Shown: positions 7,698 through 17,889, counted from the first letter of the stretch. The stretch is DNA of 38,307 bases from Armatimonadota bacterium (GCA_038207085.1 JBBRAE010000027.1:1-38307); one strand, 5' to 3'. The notes: generated from the sequence alone by a model not told the origin. Translations and numbers: made by a program.

Positions 7698-9212
7698 ATG
7701 GTGGCTTGGCTTAGAAGAATCGGCTCGGTAAACCGGGCGTTCATCGCGATACTGGTGCTGGTGCTCGTCTACCAGTTGTTTGTCACGCCTATTGTCGGGC
7801 TTTCGGATAGCGGGGACTTTAGTCGCCTAGTTGACTGGTTCGGTATATCCTGTCCGGACAAGGTTTGGGCGGAGAACCAGTATTTGTTCGTCAATACGAA
7901 GTGGAATATCGACCCGAGGATCGAGTTGCACTATCCGTCAACCGAGCTTTTGATGCTCGGCGGGGCGGTTGGGGTGAACTCGGTGCTCTCCAAAGACGGC
8001 ATGTTCGACATGCGCGCGCAAGGGGCCGCTAATGCGGTCGCTCTTGTGCTTGTGGCGATGATATTTGTCGGCTGGGCCCGGACGATCTCCGTCCTGCGGC
8101 GCGCGCTGCTCTATGGGTTGACTCTGCTGGTGTTTGCCGATGTGGGCTATATCGCCTACTTCAACTCGTTTTACTCCGAACCGTCGGTGTTTGTGTTCGG
8201 CCTGGCGGTTGTGGCGGTGTTGCTCGCTATTGTCGCGCGTGGGAAGTCGATCGAGCGGCCGGGGCTTTGGCTGCTCGGGTTTTATATCGCGTGTGGGCTT
8301 TTCGTGTTCGCCAAGGTGCAAAACGCGATCCTTGGCCTGCCGCTTGCCTATATCGGCTATCGGGTCTACAGGCTGATGAACTCGGGTGAGCCGACTCGCA
8401 AGATCAAGCCAGTGATCGGGTTGGGGCTCGCACTTGTGCTTGTCGTGATCTCGGGCGGCTACTACGTCGCGTCGAGCAAGTTCTCGGACAAGATGCGCTA
8501 TCAGAACATGTATAAGACCGTGTTCTACGAGATTCTCGGGCACTCGCAGGATGTAATGGGCGACGCGGCGACCCTGGGGCTTGATATGAACTACATCAGC
8601 CTCGCAGGGACGACGCCCGATCAGATCGGCGACAACCCGCAGGTGCAGGCGTATCTTTTGCACGAGATGGGTTACTCGAAGGTGCTGAAGTTCTACGTGA
8701 AGAACCCCGGCAGGCTCGTAAGCCTCGTCCAGAGATGCAGCGAGGGGGGTTTTACGCTCAGGCCGACCTATCTTGGGAACTTTACGATGAAAGACGCCGA
8801 GAAGCGCGGAGTGATACACATCCAACCGATGATGTACCTGCCCTCGGAGTATAAGAGTTACAAGTTTGCGCTTTGGAGCAGTCTGAAAGACAAGGTCGTT
8901 CCCAAATCGGTTTGGGTGCTGGTTGGGTTTGTGCTCGTGAATGTTCTCGCGGTCGTCATCAAGCGAGTGAAGTTCGACCGGACGCCGTCGGACAAGCTCA
9001 TCACCGATTTTCACGCGGTGATTGTGATAATGGCGCTTATGCAGTTCCTGACCTCGATCATCGGCGAGGGGGACTACGATATCGTTAAACACCTGTTTGC
9101 GTTCAATATGCTGTGTGAGGTCGCGTTTGTGTTTCTTGCGGCTTATGTGTACACTATGATAGGGGGGCTGCGGAAAAAGAAGGTCGCAGCTCCGGTGGAG
9201 ATGGTTGCCTAA
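7698..9212 (+). CDS. polytopic membrane protein, probable GT-C-fold glycosyltransferase (WsfD-like)
   Basis: About 11-12 hydrophobic segments. Loop motif GLSDSGDFSRL (cf. DNGDF), YFNSFYSEP, and C-terminal GEGDYDIVKHLFAFN resemble WsfD-type hexosyltransferases, recalled from memory. Confidence 0.6.
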   Translation: MVAWLRRIGSVNRAFIAILVLVLVYQLFVTPIVGLSDSGDFSRLVDWFGISCPDKVWAENQYLFVNTKWNIDPRIELHYPSTELLMLGGAVGVNSVLSKDGMFDMRAQGAANAVALVLVAMIFVGWARTISVLRRALLYGLTLLVFADVGYIAYFNSFYSEPSVFVFGLAVVAVLLAIVARGKSIERPGLWLLGFYIACGLFVFAKVQNAILGLPLAYIGYRVYRLMNSGEPTRKIKPVIGLGLALVLVVISGGYYVASSKFSDKMRYQNMYKTVFYEILGHSQDVMGDAATLGLDMNYISLAGTTPDQIGDNPQVQAYLLHEMGYSKVLKFYVKNPGRLVSLVQRCSEGGFTLRPTYLGNFTMKDAEKRGVIHIQPMMYLPSEYKSYKFALWSSLKDKVVPKSVWVLVGFVLVNVLAVVIKRVKFDRTPSDKLITDFHAVIVIMALMQFLTSIIGEGDYDIVKHLFAFNMLCEVAFVFLAAYVYTMIGGLRKKKVAAPVEMVA

Positions 9213-10514
9213 ATGATTGAAAGATACTCGATGCCGAAGATGAGGGCCATCTGGAACGAGGAATCCAAGTTCCAGAGCTGGCTCGATGTTGAAATCGCCG
9301 TTTGCGAGGCGCAGGAGCACTTTGGGAATATCCCCAAGGGCGTTACAGAGAAGATTAGGGCCGGAGCGAAGTTCTCAGTCGCCAGGATCGAAGAGATCGA
9401 GGCAGAGACCGCACACGACCTGATCGCTTTCGTAAAGTGCGTCACCGAAAACCTGGGCGATGAAGGCAAATACGTCCATTACGGCGTCACAAGCTACGAC
9501 ATCGAGGACACCGCGATGGCGCTTCGCCTGCGCGCGTCGGCTGAGCTCGTCATCGAAGATTTGAAGGGGCTCGCCGAGGTCGTTGGCAAGCTTGCACGCG
9601 AGCACAAGATGACGGTGATGATCGGGCGCACGCACGGAGTCCACGCGGAGCCGATCACCTTCGGGTTCAAGATGGCTGTTTGGTATTCTGCGCTGCAGCG
9701 CGATATCGAGCGCCTTGTGGCTGCCCGCGACGCAATCGCCGTCGGCAAGATTTCTGGTGCGGTCGGTATCTTCGGCAACATCGACCCCAAAGTCGAGGCG
9801 AGAGTCTGCGATAGCCTGGGGCTTGGCGTTGCGCCTGTTTCGACCCAGATCATCCAGCGCGACCGCCACGCACAGCTGCTCTCAGCGCTCGCGATAGCCG
9901 TGTCGACCGCCGAAAACTGGGCGACTGAGATGCGAAACCTGCAGCGCACCGAGATTCTTGAGGTCCAGGAGATGTTCCTGCCCGGCCAGCGTGGGTCGTC
10001 CGCGATGCCGCACAAGCGCAACCCGTGGAGATTTGAAACGATCGTCGGCCTCGCAAGAGTCGTCCGCACAAACGTGATCCCGGCGATGGAGAACATCACG
10101 AGCTGGCACGAGCGCGACAACACCAACTCCGCCTGCGAGCGCGTGATCATCCCTGACAGCTGCCTTGCGACCGATTTTCTCTTGCAGTCGCTCACAAAGC
10201 TCGTCACCCGTCTTGAGATCAACACCGACAACATGGCGCAGAACCTTGAGAAGATGGGCCAGCTGGTCTTTAGCGAGCACGTGCTCCTCGCGCTTGTCCA
10301 GAAGGGCGTCACCCGCGAGGATGGCTACAAAATCTGCCAGCGCAACGCCGCCAAGTGCTGGGACGACGGGGTGTCGTTCCGCCAAGCGCTTGAGAAGGAT
10401 GAAGCCGTGACAGCCGCGCTAAGCGCCGAAGAGCTCGCCGAGTGTTTCAATCTGGAGCATCATCTCAGAAACGTTGACACGATCCTCGACAGGCTCGGGG
10501 TGCCGAAGAATTAG
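9213..10514 (+). CDS. purB: adenylosuccinate lyase
   Basis: MIERYS, HYGVTSYD, GRTHGVHAEP, signature GSSAMPHKRNP. Confidence 0.97.
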   Translation: MIERYSMPKMRAIWNEESKFQSWLDVEIAVCEAQEHFGNIPKGVTEKIRAGAKFSVARIEEIEAETAHDLIAFVKCVTENLGDEGKYVHYGVTSYDIEDTAMALRLRASAELVIEDLKGLAEVVGKLAREHKMTVMIGRTHGVHAEPITFGFKMAVWYSALQRDIERLVAARDAIAVGKISGAVGIFGNIDPKVEARVCDSLGLGVAPVSTQIIQRDRHAQLLSALAIAVSTAENWATEMRNLQRTEILEVQEMFLPGQRGSSAMPHKRNPWRFETIVGLARVVRTNVIPAMENITSWHERDNTNSACERVIIPDSCLATDFLLQSLTKLVTRLEINTDNMAQNLEKMGQLVFSEHVLLALVQKGVTREDGYKICQRNAAKCWDDGVSFRQALEKDEAVTAALSAEELAECFNLEHHLRNVDTILDRLGVPKN

Positions 10515-10577
10515 CTTTTCGTATATGCCAGCTCCGGAGCCTCCGGGGCCTGCAACTTGAAACTTAGGAGTTTTGGA

Positions 10578-10820
10578 TTGGCAAAGGTAAAAGTCTACGT
10601 ATCACTCAAGCCGACTCTGCTCGACACGCAGGGCCGGGTGGTTCAAACTGCTCTTGAGAGCATGGGCTACGACAACATCGAGAACGTGCGGATCGGCAAG
10701 TATATCGAGGTCGAGGTCGCGGAGAACGGCACGAACATCAACGATCAGATGGACGAAATGTGCCGCAAACTCCTCGCTAACCCCGTGATTGAGAACTACC
10801 GGTTCGAGGTATCCGAATAG
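10578..10820 (+). CDS. purS: FGAM synthase subunit PurS
   Basis: LKPTLLDTQG...VRIGKYIE...MCRKLLANPVIENY. TTG start 10578 after AGGAG. Confidence 0.95.
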   Translation: MAKVKVYVSLKPTLLDTQGRVVQTALESMGYDNIENVRIGKYIEVEVAENGTNINDQMDEMCRKLLANPVIENYRFEVSE

Positions 10821-10883
10821 GGAAAATCTCAACTACGTTGTTCATGTGAAGATCAAATCCTTCTCCTATGGGAGGTGACGACA

Positions 10884-11066
10884 GTGTCCAAGGAAGCTGA
10901 AAACAGTCCCAAAAGGACCAGTGTGCGGCCTAGACGTCGCATAACAAAAGAATACGTCGAGCAGTGCAAGGCTCTCCAAGAGAAGATACTAGTGTCAAGA
11001 GGCGGAGAACCCTTGCCGAGCAGCGTAGAAGAAATTCGGCAGATGCGCGAAGGTCTGATCCGATGA
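10884..11066 (+). CDS. putative VapB-like antitoxin
   Basis: About 60 aa with GGAGG RBS. C-terminal SSVEEIRQMRE motif. Stop overlaps the PIN gene start (ATGA at 11063-11066). Confidence 0.65.
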   Translation: MSKEAENSPKRTSVRPRRRITKEYVEQCKALQEKILVSRGGEPLPSSVEEIRQMREGLIR

Positions 11067-11512
11067 ACCTCGAACTGTGCATTGACGCGAATCTGGTTGT
11101 AACCTGGTATGCGCCCGAAGAATGGAGAACGCAGTCCATTGCGCTTCTTGATGAGTGTTCGTCACTAGGAGCGAGCGTATTGGCTCCGGACTTCATCTTC
11201 GCTGAGGTGGCATCTTCCCTTCGTCGTAAGGTGTATCGGGGGCTTATGCAGCCTGAGGACGGGTTGGTGGGAGCAATGCTGCTGACTAAAGCGGCTATTG
11301 AACCAGTGGAGGTCCGTTTGTTGATTCCACACGCTTGGCGCATTGCAGAGACACATGGGTTGCCTACTGTCTACGATGCATGTTACCTGGCTTTGGCCGA
11401 AGAGCGTGGGTGCGATTTCTGGACTGCCGACGAGCGGCTGATAAATGCTACCGGCAATCTACCTTATATCAAACACATAAAGGGCTATGTTCCGGGTTCG
11501 CTCGGTGCGTGA
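11063..11512 (+). CDS. vapC: PIN-domain VapC-family toxin
   Basis: PIN acidic motifs CIDANLVV, APDFIFAEV, VYDACYLALAE, WTADERL. Confidence 0.9.
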   Translation: MNLELCIDANLVVTWYAPEEWRTQSIALLDECSSLGASVLAPDFIFAEVASSLRRKVYRGLMQPEDGLVGAMLLTKAAIEPVEVRLLIPHAWRIAETHGLPTVYDACYLALAEERGCDFWTADERLINATGNLPYIKHIKGYVPGSLGA

Positions 11513-11538
11513 TTTCGTGATTTAGGGATGCTAACAAT

Positions 11539-12231
11539 ATGAAATTTGGAGTAGTAGTCTTTCCGGGCTCGAACTGCGACCAGGACGCGTACTGCGCTAT
11601 CCGGGACGTTTTGGGGCAGCCTGTGGAATACATCTGGCATCAGGACAAGGACCTGCACGGCGTTGACTGCGTCATCCTGCCCGGCGGGTTTTCTTATGGC
11701 GACTACCTGAGGACAGGGGCGATCGCGAGGTTTTCGCCGGTGATGGAGGCCGTCCAGAAGCACGCCGCCGACGGCGGGTATGTGATCGGAATCTGCAACG
11801 GGTTCCAGGTGCTCTGCGAGGCGCATCTTCTGCCCGGCGCGCTGGTCACAAACAACGGGCTGAAGTTCATCTGCGAGTATGTGGACCTCAAAGTAGAGAA
11901 CACAAAGACCCCCTGGACCAATCAGTGCAAGTCGGGTGATGTCCTAAGCATCCCGATCGCTCACCACGGAGGACGCTACGTGTGCGACGCAGACGTGCTC
12001 GCTGACCTCGAAGCCTCGGGCCAGGTGATCCTTCGTTACTGCGACGCGGCTGGCGACGCAAACGAGGCGGGGAACCCCAACGGCTCGCTTAACAACATCG
12101 CGGGGATCGTCAACAAAGCCGGGAACGTCGCGGGGATGATGCCTCACCCCGAGCGCGCGGTGGAAGACTGCCTCGGAAGCACCGACGGAATCGCAATTTT
12201 TCGATCGTTACTTGAGTGGACGAAGAGATAA
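11539..12231 (+). CDS. purQ: FGAM synthase glutaminase subunit PurQ
   Basis: [34 protein letters not shown]. Confidence 0.97.
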   Translation: MKFGVVVFPGSNCDQDAYCAIRDVLGQPVEYIWHQDKDLHGVDCVILPGGFSYGDYLRTGAIARFSPVMEAVQKHAADGGYVIGICNGFQVLCEAHLLPGALVTNNGLKFICEYVDLKVENTKTPWTNQCKSGDVLSIPIAHHGGRYVCDADVLADLEASGQVILRYCDAAGDANEAGNPNGSLNNIAGIVNKAGNVAGMMPHPERAVEDCLGSTDGIAIFRSLLEWTKR

Positions 12232-14504
12232 TGGCTATAACTGAACCTGGAAGCAAGACAATTGAGCGCACTATGCCCATCAGCCCTGAAATCTACAGGG
12301 AAATGGGCCTCACCGACGAAGAATACGGCAAAGTCGTAGAAGTGCTCGGACGCCACCCGTCCTATACCGAAGTCGGTATGTACGCGGTTATGTGGAGCGA
12401 GCACTGCGGCTACAAGTATTCCCGCCCGGTGCTTAGACTCTTCAAGAAATACCGCGAGGCGCTCGACGGCGCAGGGCTTGAAAACGCTGGAGTGATCGAC
12501 ATCGGCGACGGTCAGGGGATCGTCATGAAGATGGAGACGCACAACCACCCATCGGCTGTTGAGCCGTTTCAGGGCGCGGCGACCGGCGTCGGCGGGATTT
12601 TGCGCGACATCTTCACGATGGGCGCGCGCCCGATCGCATGCCTCAATTCGCTTAGATTCGGCGAACTCGACGACCCGCACACTAGGTATCTCTTTGAGAA
12701 CGTCGTATCGGGGATCGCCTTCTACGGCAACTGCGTTGGCGTTCCGACCATCGGCGGCGAGGTCGTTTTTGAAGACTGCTACGCCGGAAACTGCATCGTA
12801 AGCGCGATGAGCGCGGGGATCGTCAACACCGACGAGATCGCACTCGCCTGCGCGAAGGGCACCGGAAACTCCGTTATGTATGTCGGCTCGAGGACCGGGC
12901 GCGACGGCATCCACGGCGCGACGTTTGCGTCCGTTGAGCTTACCGAGGAGTCCGAGTCAAGACGTTCGAACGTCCAGGTCGGCGACCCGTTCCAGGAGAA
13001 ACTCCTGATCGAGGCGACCCTTGAGGCGCTGAAGACCGGCTTTATCGTCGGTATCCAGGACATGGGCGCGGCTGGGATCACCTGCGGCACCTGCGAAACC
13101 GCCGCCAAGGGCGACTCCGGTATGGAAGTCGACGTGCTCAAAGTCCCGCGCCGTGAGCAGGGGATGACCCCCTACGAAGTTATGCTTTCTGAGAGCCAGG
13201 AGCGTATGCTGGCGATCGTAGAGAAGGGACGCGAGCCCGAGGTCGAGGCGGTCTTCCGAAAGTGGGGCCTGCAGGCGGTCGTGATCGGCCACGTGACCGA
13301 CGACGGGCTTGTGCGGGTCTTTGAAGGCGACGAGATCGTTGCTGAGATCCCTGCCAAGTCGCTTGCCGACGAAGCTCCAACCTACTATCTTGAGACAGAG
13401 GAGCCGGATTATCTCATCGATGCCCGCGCGTTTGACTTCGCGAAGCTCCCTGAGCCCGGCGACTACAACGAAGTGCTTTCGAAGCTGCTTGATGCCTCCA
13501 CAATCGCGAGCAAGGAGTGGGTCTACCGCCAGTATGACCATATGGTTCAGACCAACACGGTCATCATGCCCGGTTCCGACGCCGCCGCGCTTCGCATCCG
13601 TGGCACCAAGAAGGCGATTGCGCTCGTTGCCGACTGCAACGGCCGCTACTGCTACCTTGACCCGTTTGTGGGCGCTCAGATTGCGGTTGCCGAGTCGGCG
13701 CGAAACCTCGCCTGCACCGGCGCGCGTCCGATGGGCGTCACCGACTGTGTAAGCTTCGGCAACCCCGAGAAACCGCAAATATTCTGGCAGTTCCGCCGAG
13801 CGATCGAGGGACTATCCGAGGCCTGCGAGTTCTTTGGTACTCCCGTAATCTCAGGAAACGTCAGTTTCTACAACGAGACCCCCGAGACTGCGATCTACCC
13901 GACGCCGGTCATCGGCATGCTCGGTCTGATCGACGACGCCGAGAAGCACTGCACGATGGACTTCAAAGCCGCGGGCGACACAGTCGTCATGCTGTCGGGT
14001 CGCAAAGCCGAAGAAAACGTGCTTGGTGGCAGCGAATATCTGAAAGTCATTCATGGCGCGGTTGCGGGCGCTCCGCCTGTCATCGATATGGCGGCTGAGA
14101 AGAGGCTCGACTCCTGCGTGATCGAGGCGATCGGCGCTGGGCTTGTGAACTCTGCGCACGACTGCTCGGACGGCGGACTCGCCGTTGCGCTTGCCGAAAG
14201 CTGTATCTCGGGCAAAATCGGCGCAGACATCGCCATTGCTTCAGACGTGGCTGCATCGGTCGCGCTATTTGGCGAGGCGCAGTCCCGGATCGTCGTATCG
14301 CTTGCTGAGGCGAATATACCGGAGCTTGCAAAGCTGGTCTATAAGCACGGTATCATCTGTGAGAGGCTCGGAAAAGTCGGCGGTGACGCTTTGAGAGTGG
14401 CAGTAAACGGCTCGGTTGCGATCGATCACAGCGTCGAAACGATCGCCGACACCTGGAAGAACTCAATTGCAAGAAAAATGGAAGGTCCCGAGAGTCGGGA
14501 ATAG
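12231..14504 (+). CDS. purL: FGAM synthase subunit PurL
   Basis: MWSEHCGYK, ETHNHPSAVEPFQGAATGVGG, DMGAAG, MLSESQERM, SAHDCSDGGL. TAATG coupling with purQ. Confidence 0.97.
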   Translation: MAITEPGSKTIERTMPISPEIYREMGLTDEEYGKVVEVLGRHPSYTEVGMYAVMWSEHCGYKYSRPVLRLFKKYREALDGAGLENAGVIDIGDGQGIVMKMETHNHPSAVEPFQGAATGVGGILRDIFTMGARPIACLNSLRFGELDDPHTRYLFENVVSGIAFYGNCVGVPTIGGEVVFEDCYAGNCIVSAMSAGIVNTDEIALACAKGTGNSVMYVGSRTGRDGIHGATFASVELTEESESRRSNVQVGDPFQEKLLIEATLEALKTGFIVGIQDMGAAGITCGTCETAAKGDSGMEVDVLKVPRREQGMTPYEVMLSESQERMLAIVEKGREPEVEAVFRKWGLQAVVIGHVTDDGLVRVFEGDEIVAEIPAKSLADEAPTYYLETEEPDYLIDARAFDFAKLPEPGDYNEVLSKLLDASTIASKEWVYRQYDHMVQTNTVIMPGSDAAALRIRGTKKAIALVADCNGRYCYLDPFVGAQIAVAESARNLACTGARPMGVTDCVSFGNPEKPQIFWQFRRAIEGLSEACEFFGTPVISGNVSFYNETPETAIYPTPVIGMLGLIDDAEKHCTMDFKAAGDTVVMLSGRKAEENVLGGSEYLKVIHGAVAGAPPVIDMAAEKRLDSCVIEAIGAGLVNSAHDCSDGGLAVALAESCISGKIGADIAIASDVAASVALFGEAQSRIVVSLAEANIPELAKLVYKHGIICERLGKVGGDALRVAVNGSVAIDHSVETIADTWKNSIARKMEGPESRE

Positions 14505-14525
14505 AAATATAGTGTTGTGACGTGT

Positions 14526-14694
14526 GTTGGGTGGCGATTTCCGAATCGTCACCCCAAAGCCAATGCCGGATCTCCGAATCCGGCAGCACAAACGATTGAT
14601 TGGAGCACTGGATTCGGAAATCCTGATCTAGCTTTTGGGGTAGGGATTCGGAAATCCCTACCCAACGTAGGCTAATAGCTAACAGCTAATAGCT
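14526..14694. repeat. BIME/REPIN-like cluster of four GATTTCCGAATC-core hairpins plus a 7-bp tandem arm
   Basis: Hairpins at 14527-14557 and 14564-14585 in one orientation, 14610-14623 and 14635-14665 in the opposite one. Followed by gctaata-gctaaca-gctaata-gct. Confidence 0.8.
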
Positions 14695-14700
14695 CCCAAA

Positions 14701-16164
14701 ATGGAAGGCTTGAAGTTGTCAGACGAAAACATACGAGAAGAATGTGGAGTATGTGGGGTTTATGCCCCTGGTGAGGATGCCGCGAGGCTGGCGTTTTTTT
14801 CGCTCTTCGCGCTTCAGCACCGTGGCCAGGAGAGTGCCGGGATCGCCGTAACTGACGGCGCAGGCATCAATCTCCACAAGGACATGGGTCTTGTCACCCA
14901 GGTCTTCAAGGAGAACGTCCTTGCAGAGCTCAAGGGCGGCATAGCCATCGGCCACACCCGTTATTCGACTACTGGGTCGAGCGTGCTTCGTAACGTTCAG
15001 CCGATCCAGTGCTACGGACGCCACGGCGCGGCCGCGATTGCCCACAACGGGGACCTGATCAACGCAGCCGAATTGCGCCGCGAGATGGAGAAGGACGGCG
15101 TCGTCTTTGAGACTACAAACGACAGCGAGGTTATCGCCAAACTGATCGCCCGAAGCACTGCCGATACCATCGAAGGCGCCATCTCTGAGGCGATGAACCG
15201 GATAAAGGGCGGTTATGCGGTTGTCATCCTGACGGCAGATAAGCTGATCGGTATGCGCGACCCCTACGGCATCAGACCGCTCTGTCTTGGTCGCTGGAAC
15301 GGAAAAGGCTCTATCTTCGCCTCTGAGACATGCGCGCTAAACGTGATCGGCGCGGAGTTCATCCGTGAAGTGGAGCCCGGTGAGATCGTATCGATCGATA
15401 AGAACGGCATCCACGAGAGCCGTGGGGTCGATATGGAGCGTCATGCGCTCTGCGTGTTCGAGTTTATCTATTTCGCGAGGCCGGACAGTATGATGTATGG
15501 CCACAGCCTGCACGAAGCGCGCCGCAGGATGGGGCATCAGCTGGCAAAAGAGCATCCGGTGCCAAATGCGCACATCGTTTTCCCGATCCCCGACACCGGC
15601 ACCCCAGCCGCGATCGGTTTTGCCGAAGCCTCCCGCATTCCATACGCCGAAGGCGTCATCAAAAACCGCTACATCCACCGAACATTCATCCAGCCCGACC
15701 AGCGAATGCGCGACCTCGGCGTGCGGATGAAACTGACGCCGCTCAAGGAAGTCCTTGCGGGTAGACGTGTCGTTATGGTGGAGGACAGCATCGTTCGCGG
15801 GACGACCACCGGCCCGACAGTTCGCATGATCCGCGAGGCGGGTGCGACCGAGGTGCATGTTCGCATCGCATCACCGCCGTACCGCTTCCCGTGCTTCTAC
15901 GGCATCGACACGGCCGCCCAGAAGGACCTGATCGCCTCGCAGATGAGCGTTGAGGAGATCAGAAAGCACATCGGAGCCGACAGCCTTGGGTATTTGAGTA
16001 TGAACGGCCTGATGAAGGCGATTGGCGTGAAAAAAGAGTATTTCTGCCGTGCTTGCCTTGATGGCAAGTATCCGATTCCTATCCCAGACGAGGCCAGGGC
16101 CCAGAAGTGTGTCTTCGAGACCTGCAAGCCGTCAGCCGAATGGGAAGAACCGATCGGTCAGTAA
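14701..16164 (+). CDS. purF: amidophosphoribosyltransferase
   Basis: EECGVCG, QHRGQESAG, HTRYST, EDSIVRGTT, CFYGID, and 4Fe-4S cysteines CRACLDG. Confidence 0.97.
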   Translation: MEGLKLSDENIREECGVCGVYAPGEDAARLAFFSLFALQHRGQESAGIAVTDGAGINLHKDMGLVTQVFKENVLAELKGGIAIGHTRYSTTGSSVLRNVQPIQCYGRHGAAAIAHNGDLINAAELRREMEKDGVVFETTNDSEVIAKLIARSTADTIEGAISEAMNRIKGGYAVVILTADKLIGMRDPYGIRPLCLGRWNGKGSIFASETCALNVIGAEFIREVEPGEIVSIDKNGIHESRGVDMERHALCVFEFIYFARPDSMMYGHSLHEARRRMGHQLAKEHPVPNAHIVFPIPDTGTPAAIGFAEASRIPYAEGVIKNRYIHRTFIQPDQRMRDLGVRMKLTPLKEVLAGRRVVMVEDSIVRGTTTGPTVRMIREAGATEVHVRIASPPYRFPCFYGIDTAAQKDLIASQMSVEEIRKHIGADSLGYLSMNGLMKAIGVKKEYFCRACLDGKYPIPIPDEARAQKCVFETCKPSAEWEEPIGQ

Positions 16165-16173
16165 GGAGGAGCT

Positions 16174-17205
16174 ATGACTGAGGAGATTACCTACCGCGAC
16201 GCGGGGGTCAATATAGACGCAGGCATCGAGGCTGTGCGCCGGATGAAGGAAAGCGTTCGCGAGACATATACCGATTCGGTGCTGACCGACCTCGGGAGTT
16301 TCGGCGGGATGTTCCGCCTCGGCGGCGACATGGAGGACCCCGTGCTCGTTTCGAGCATCGATGGGGTGGGGACCAAGGTTACGATCGCCGCCGCGATGGG
16401 GCGGTTCCACACCGTCGGGGGCGACCTCGTCAACCACTCGATCAACGATATTTTGGTCCAGGGCGCAAGGCCGCTGTTTTTCCTCGATTACTACGCGACC
16501 CCCAAGCTCGACCCGTTCGCCGCTTCTGAAGTGGTTCGCGGCGCGGCTGAGGCTTGCAAAGAGGCCGGATGCGTCCTGATCGGTGGAGAGACCGCTGAGA
16601 TGCCCGGCGTCTACTGTGAGGGCGAGTTTGACCTTGCGGGTGCTATCGTCGGTGTGGTTGACCGAAAAGACATCGTCGACGGAAGCAAAGTTAGACCAGG
16701 GGACCTCGCGATCGGCCTTGCCTCAAGTGGGTTGCACACCAACGGCTATTCGCTTGCCCGAAAGGTGCTCCTCGACCACGCTGGCCTGAAGCTCGACCAG
16801 TATATGCCGGAGATCGGCAAGGTGCTTGGCGACGACCTGCTTGAGCAGCACCGCTGCTACGCAAACCCCGTGCTGGCACTGATGAAGGACTATGAGATCC
16901 ACGCGATGGCCCACATCACCGGCGGCGGGTTCTACGACAATATCCCGAGGGTGCTTCCGGCGGGATGCCAGATTCAGATCGAGCGCCGCAGTTGGCCCGC
17001 GTCTCCAATATTTAGCCTTATCCAGGAAAACGGCGGAATCTCCGACTACGAGATGCACCGCACGTTCAATATGGGCATCGGTTTCATCCTGATCGTCGCG
17101 AACCATGACGCGGTCGAGGTCGTCGCAAAGCTTGAGGAGATGGGCGAGCGCGCGTATGTGATCGGTGAGGTCCGCGCGGGCGACAGAGAGGTATCTGTGC
17201 TGTGA
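16174..17205 (+). CDS. purM: AIR synthase
   Basis: TYRDAGVNI, DGVGTK, GGETAEMPG, SSGLHTNGYSL, AHITGGG, TFNMGIG. Confidence 0.97.
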   Translation: MTEEITYRDAGVNIDAGIEAVRRMKESVRETYTDSVLTDLGSFGGMFRLGGDMEDPVLVSSIDGVGTKVTIAAAMGRFHTVGGDLVNHSINDILVQGARPLFFLDYYATPKLDPFAASEVVRGAAEACKEAGCVLIGGETAEMPGVYCEGEFDLAGAIVGVVDRKDIVDGSKVRPGDLAIGLASSGLHTNGYSLARKVLLDHAGLKLDQYMPEIGKVLGDDLLEQHRCYANPVLALMKDYEIHAMAHITGGGFYDNIPRVLPAGCQIQIERRSWPASPIFSLIQENGGISDYEMHRTFNMGIGFILIVANHDAVEVVAKLEEMGERAYVIGEVRAGDREVSVL

Positions 17206-17828
17206 GCATAAAGATTGCAGTGCTAGTCTCCGGCCACGGCAGGGGCTCCAACATGCAGTCGATCATAGACGCCTGCGCGTCAGACCAGATCGACGGCGAG
17301 GTGTCGGTTGTGATCGGCGTGACTGAAGAGGCCCCAGCGATGGAGCGCGCCACCTCTGCTGGCGTTGAAACGGTCGTAGTCGACCCCAGGGACTTTGATG
17401 GCGTCGACGACTACAACGACGCGCTCCTTGACGTCTTGCAGAGCCGGGAGATCGACCTCGTCTGCCTAGCCGGCTACATGAGGATGCTCGGGCAGACGAT
17501 CATCGACGCCTTCCGCAACCGCATCATGAACGTCCACCCCGCGCTCGTTCCCTGTTTTGCGGGCAAGGGTATGTACGGCCATCACGTCCACGAGGCTGCG
17601 ATCAAGCGCGGCGTCAAGGTCTCCGGCTGCACAGTCCACTTCGTCGACGAGCACTACGACGAGGGGCCAATCATCCTGCAGAGCGTCGTCTCGGTAGAAG
17701 ACGACGACGCCCCCGACGACCTCGCCGCAAGGATCCTTCCCGAGGAGCACAAGACCTACGTCCGCGCGATCGCGCTGTTTGCAGAGGGCAAGCTTGAGGT
17801 AGTGGACCGTAGGGTTCGAATAAAGTAA
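17202..17828 (+). CDS. purN: GAR transformylase
   Basis: SGHGRGSNMQ, LAGYMR, NVHPAL, GCTVHFVDEHYDEGPII. Confidence 0.96.
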   Translation: MSIKIAVLVSGHGRGSNMQSIIDACASDQIDGEVSVVIGVTEEAPAMERATSAGVETVVVDPRDFDGVDDYNDALLDVLQSREIDLVCLAGYMRMLGQTIIDAFRNRIMNVHPALVPCFAGKGMYGHHVHEAAIKRGVKVSGCTVHFVDEHYDEGPIILQSVVSVEDDDAPDDLAARILPEEHKTYVRAIALFAEGKLEVVDRRVRIK

Positions 17829-17839
17829 TTTGATATTAT

Positions 17840-17887
17840 GTCGCCGGGTCTCCCGACCCGGTGACTGCTTTAGAGAGTCGGGAGACC
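17840..17887. repeat. family B REP-like hairpin between convergent purN and ywbE-like gene
   Basis: GTCGCCGGGTCTCCCGACCCGGTGAC plus inverted GTCGGGAGACC. Core resembles GGGTCTCCAGACCCGG at about 2118-2133. Confidence 0.6.
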
Positions 17888-17889
17888 AG

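Noticed and set aside
7938..9320. 460-aa minus-strand ORF
   Set aside because: Antisense shadow of the membrane protein and purB in high-GC DNA, with no recognisable motifs.
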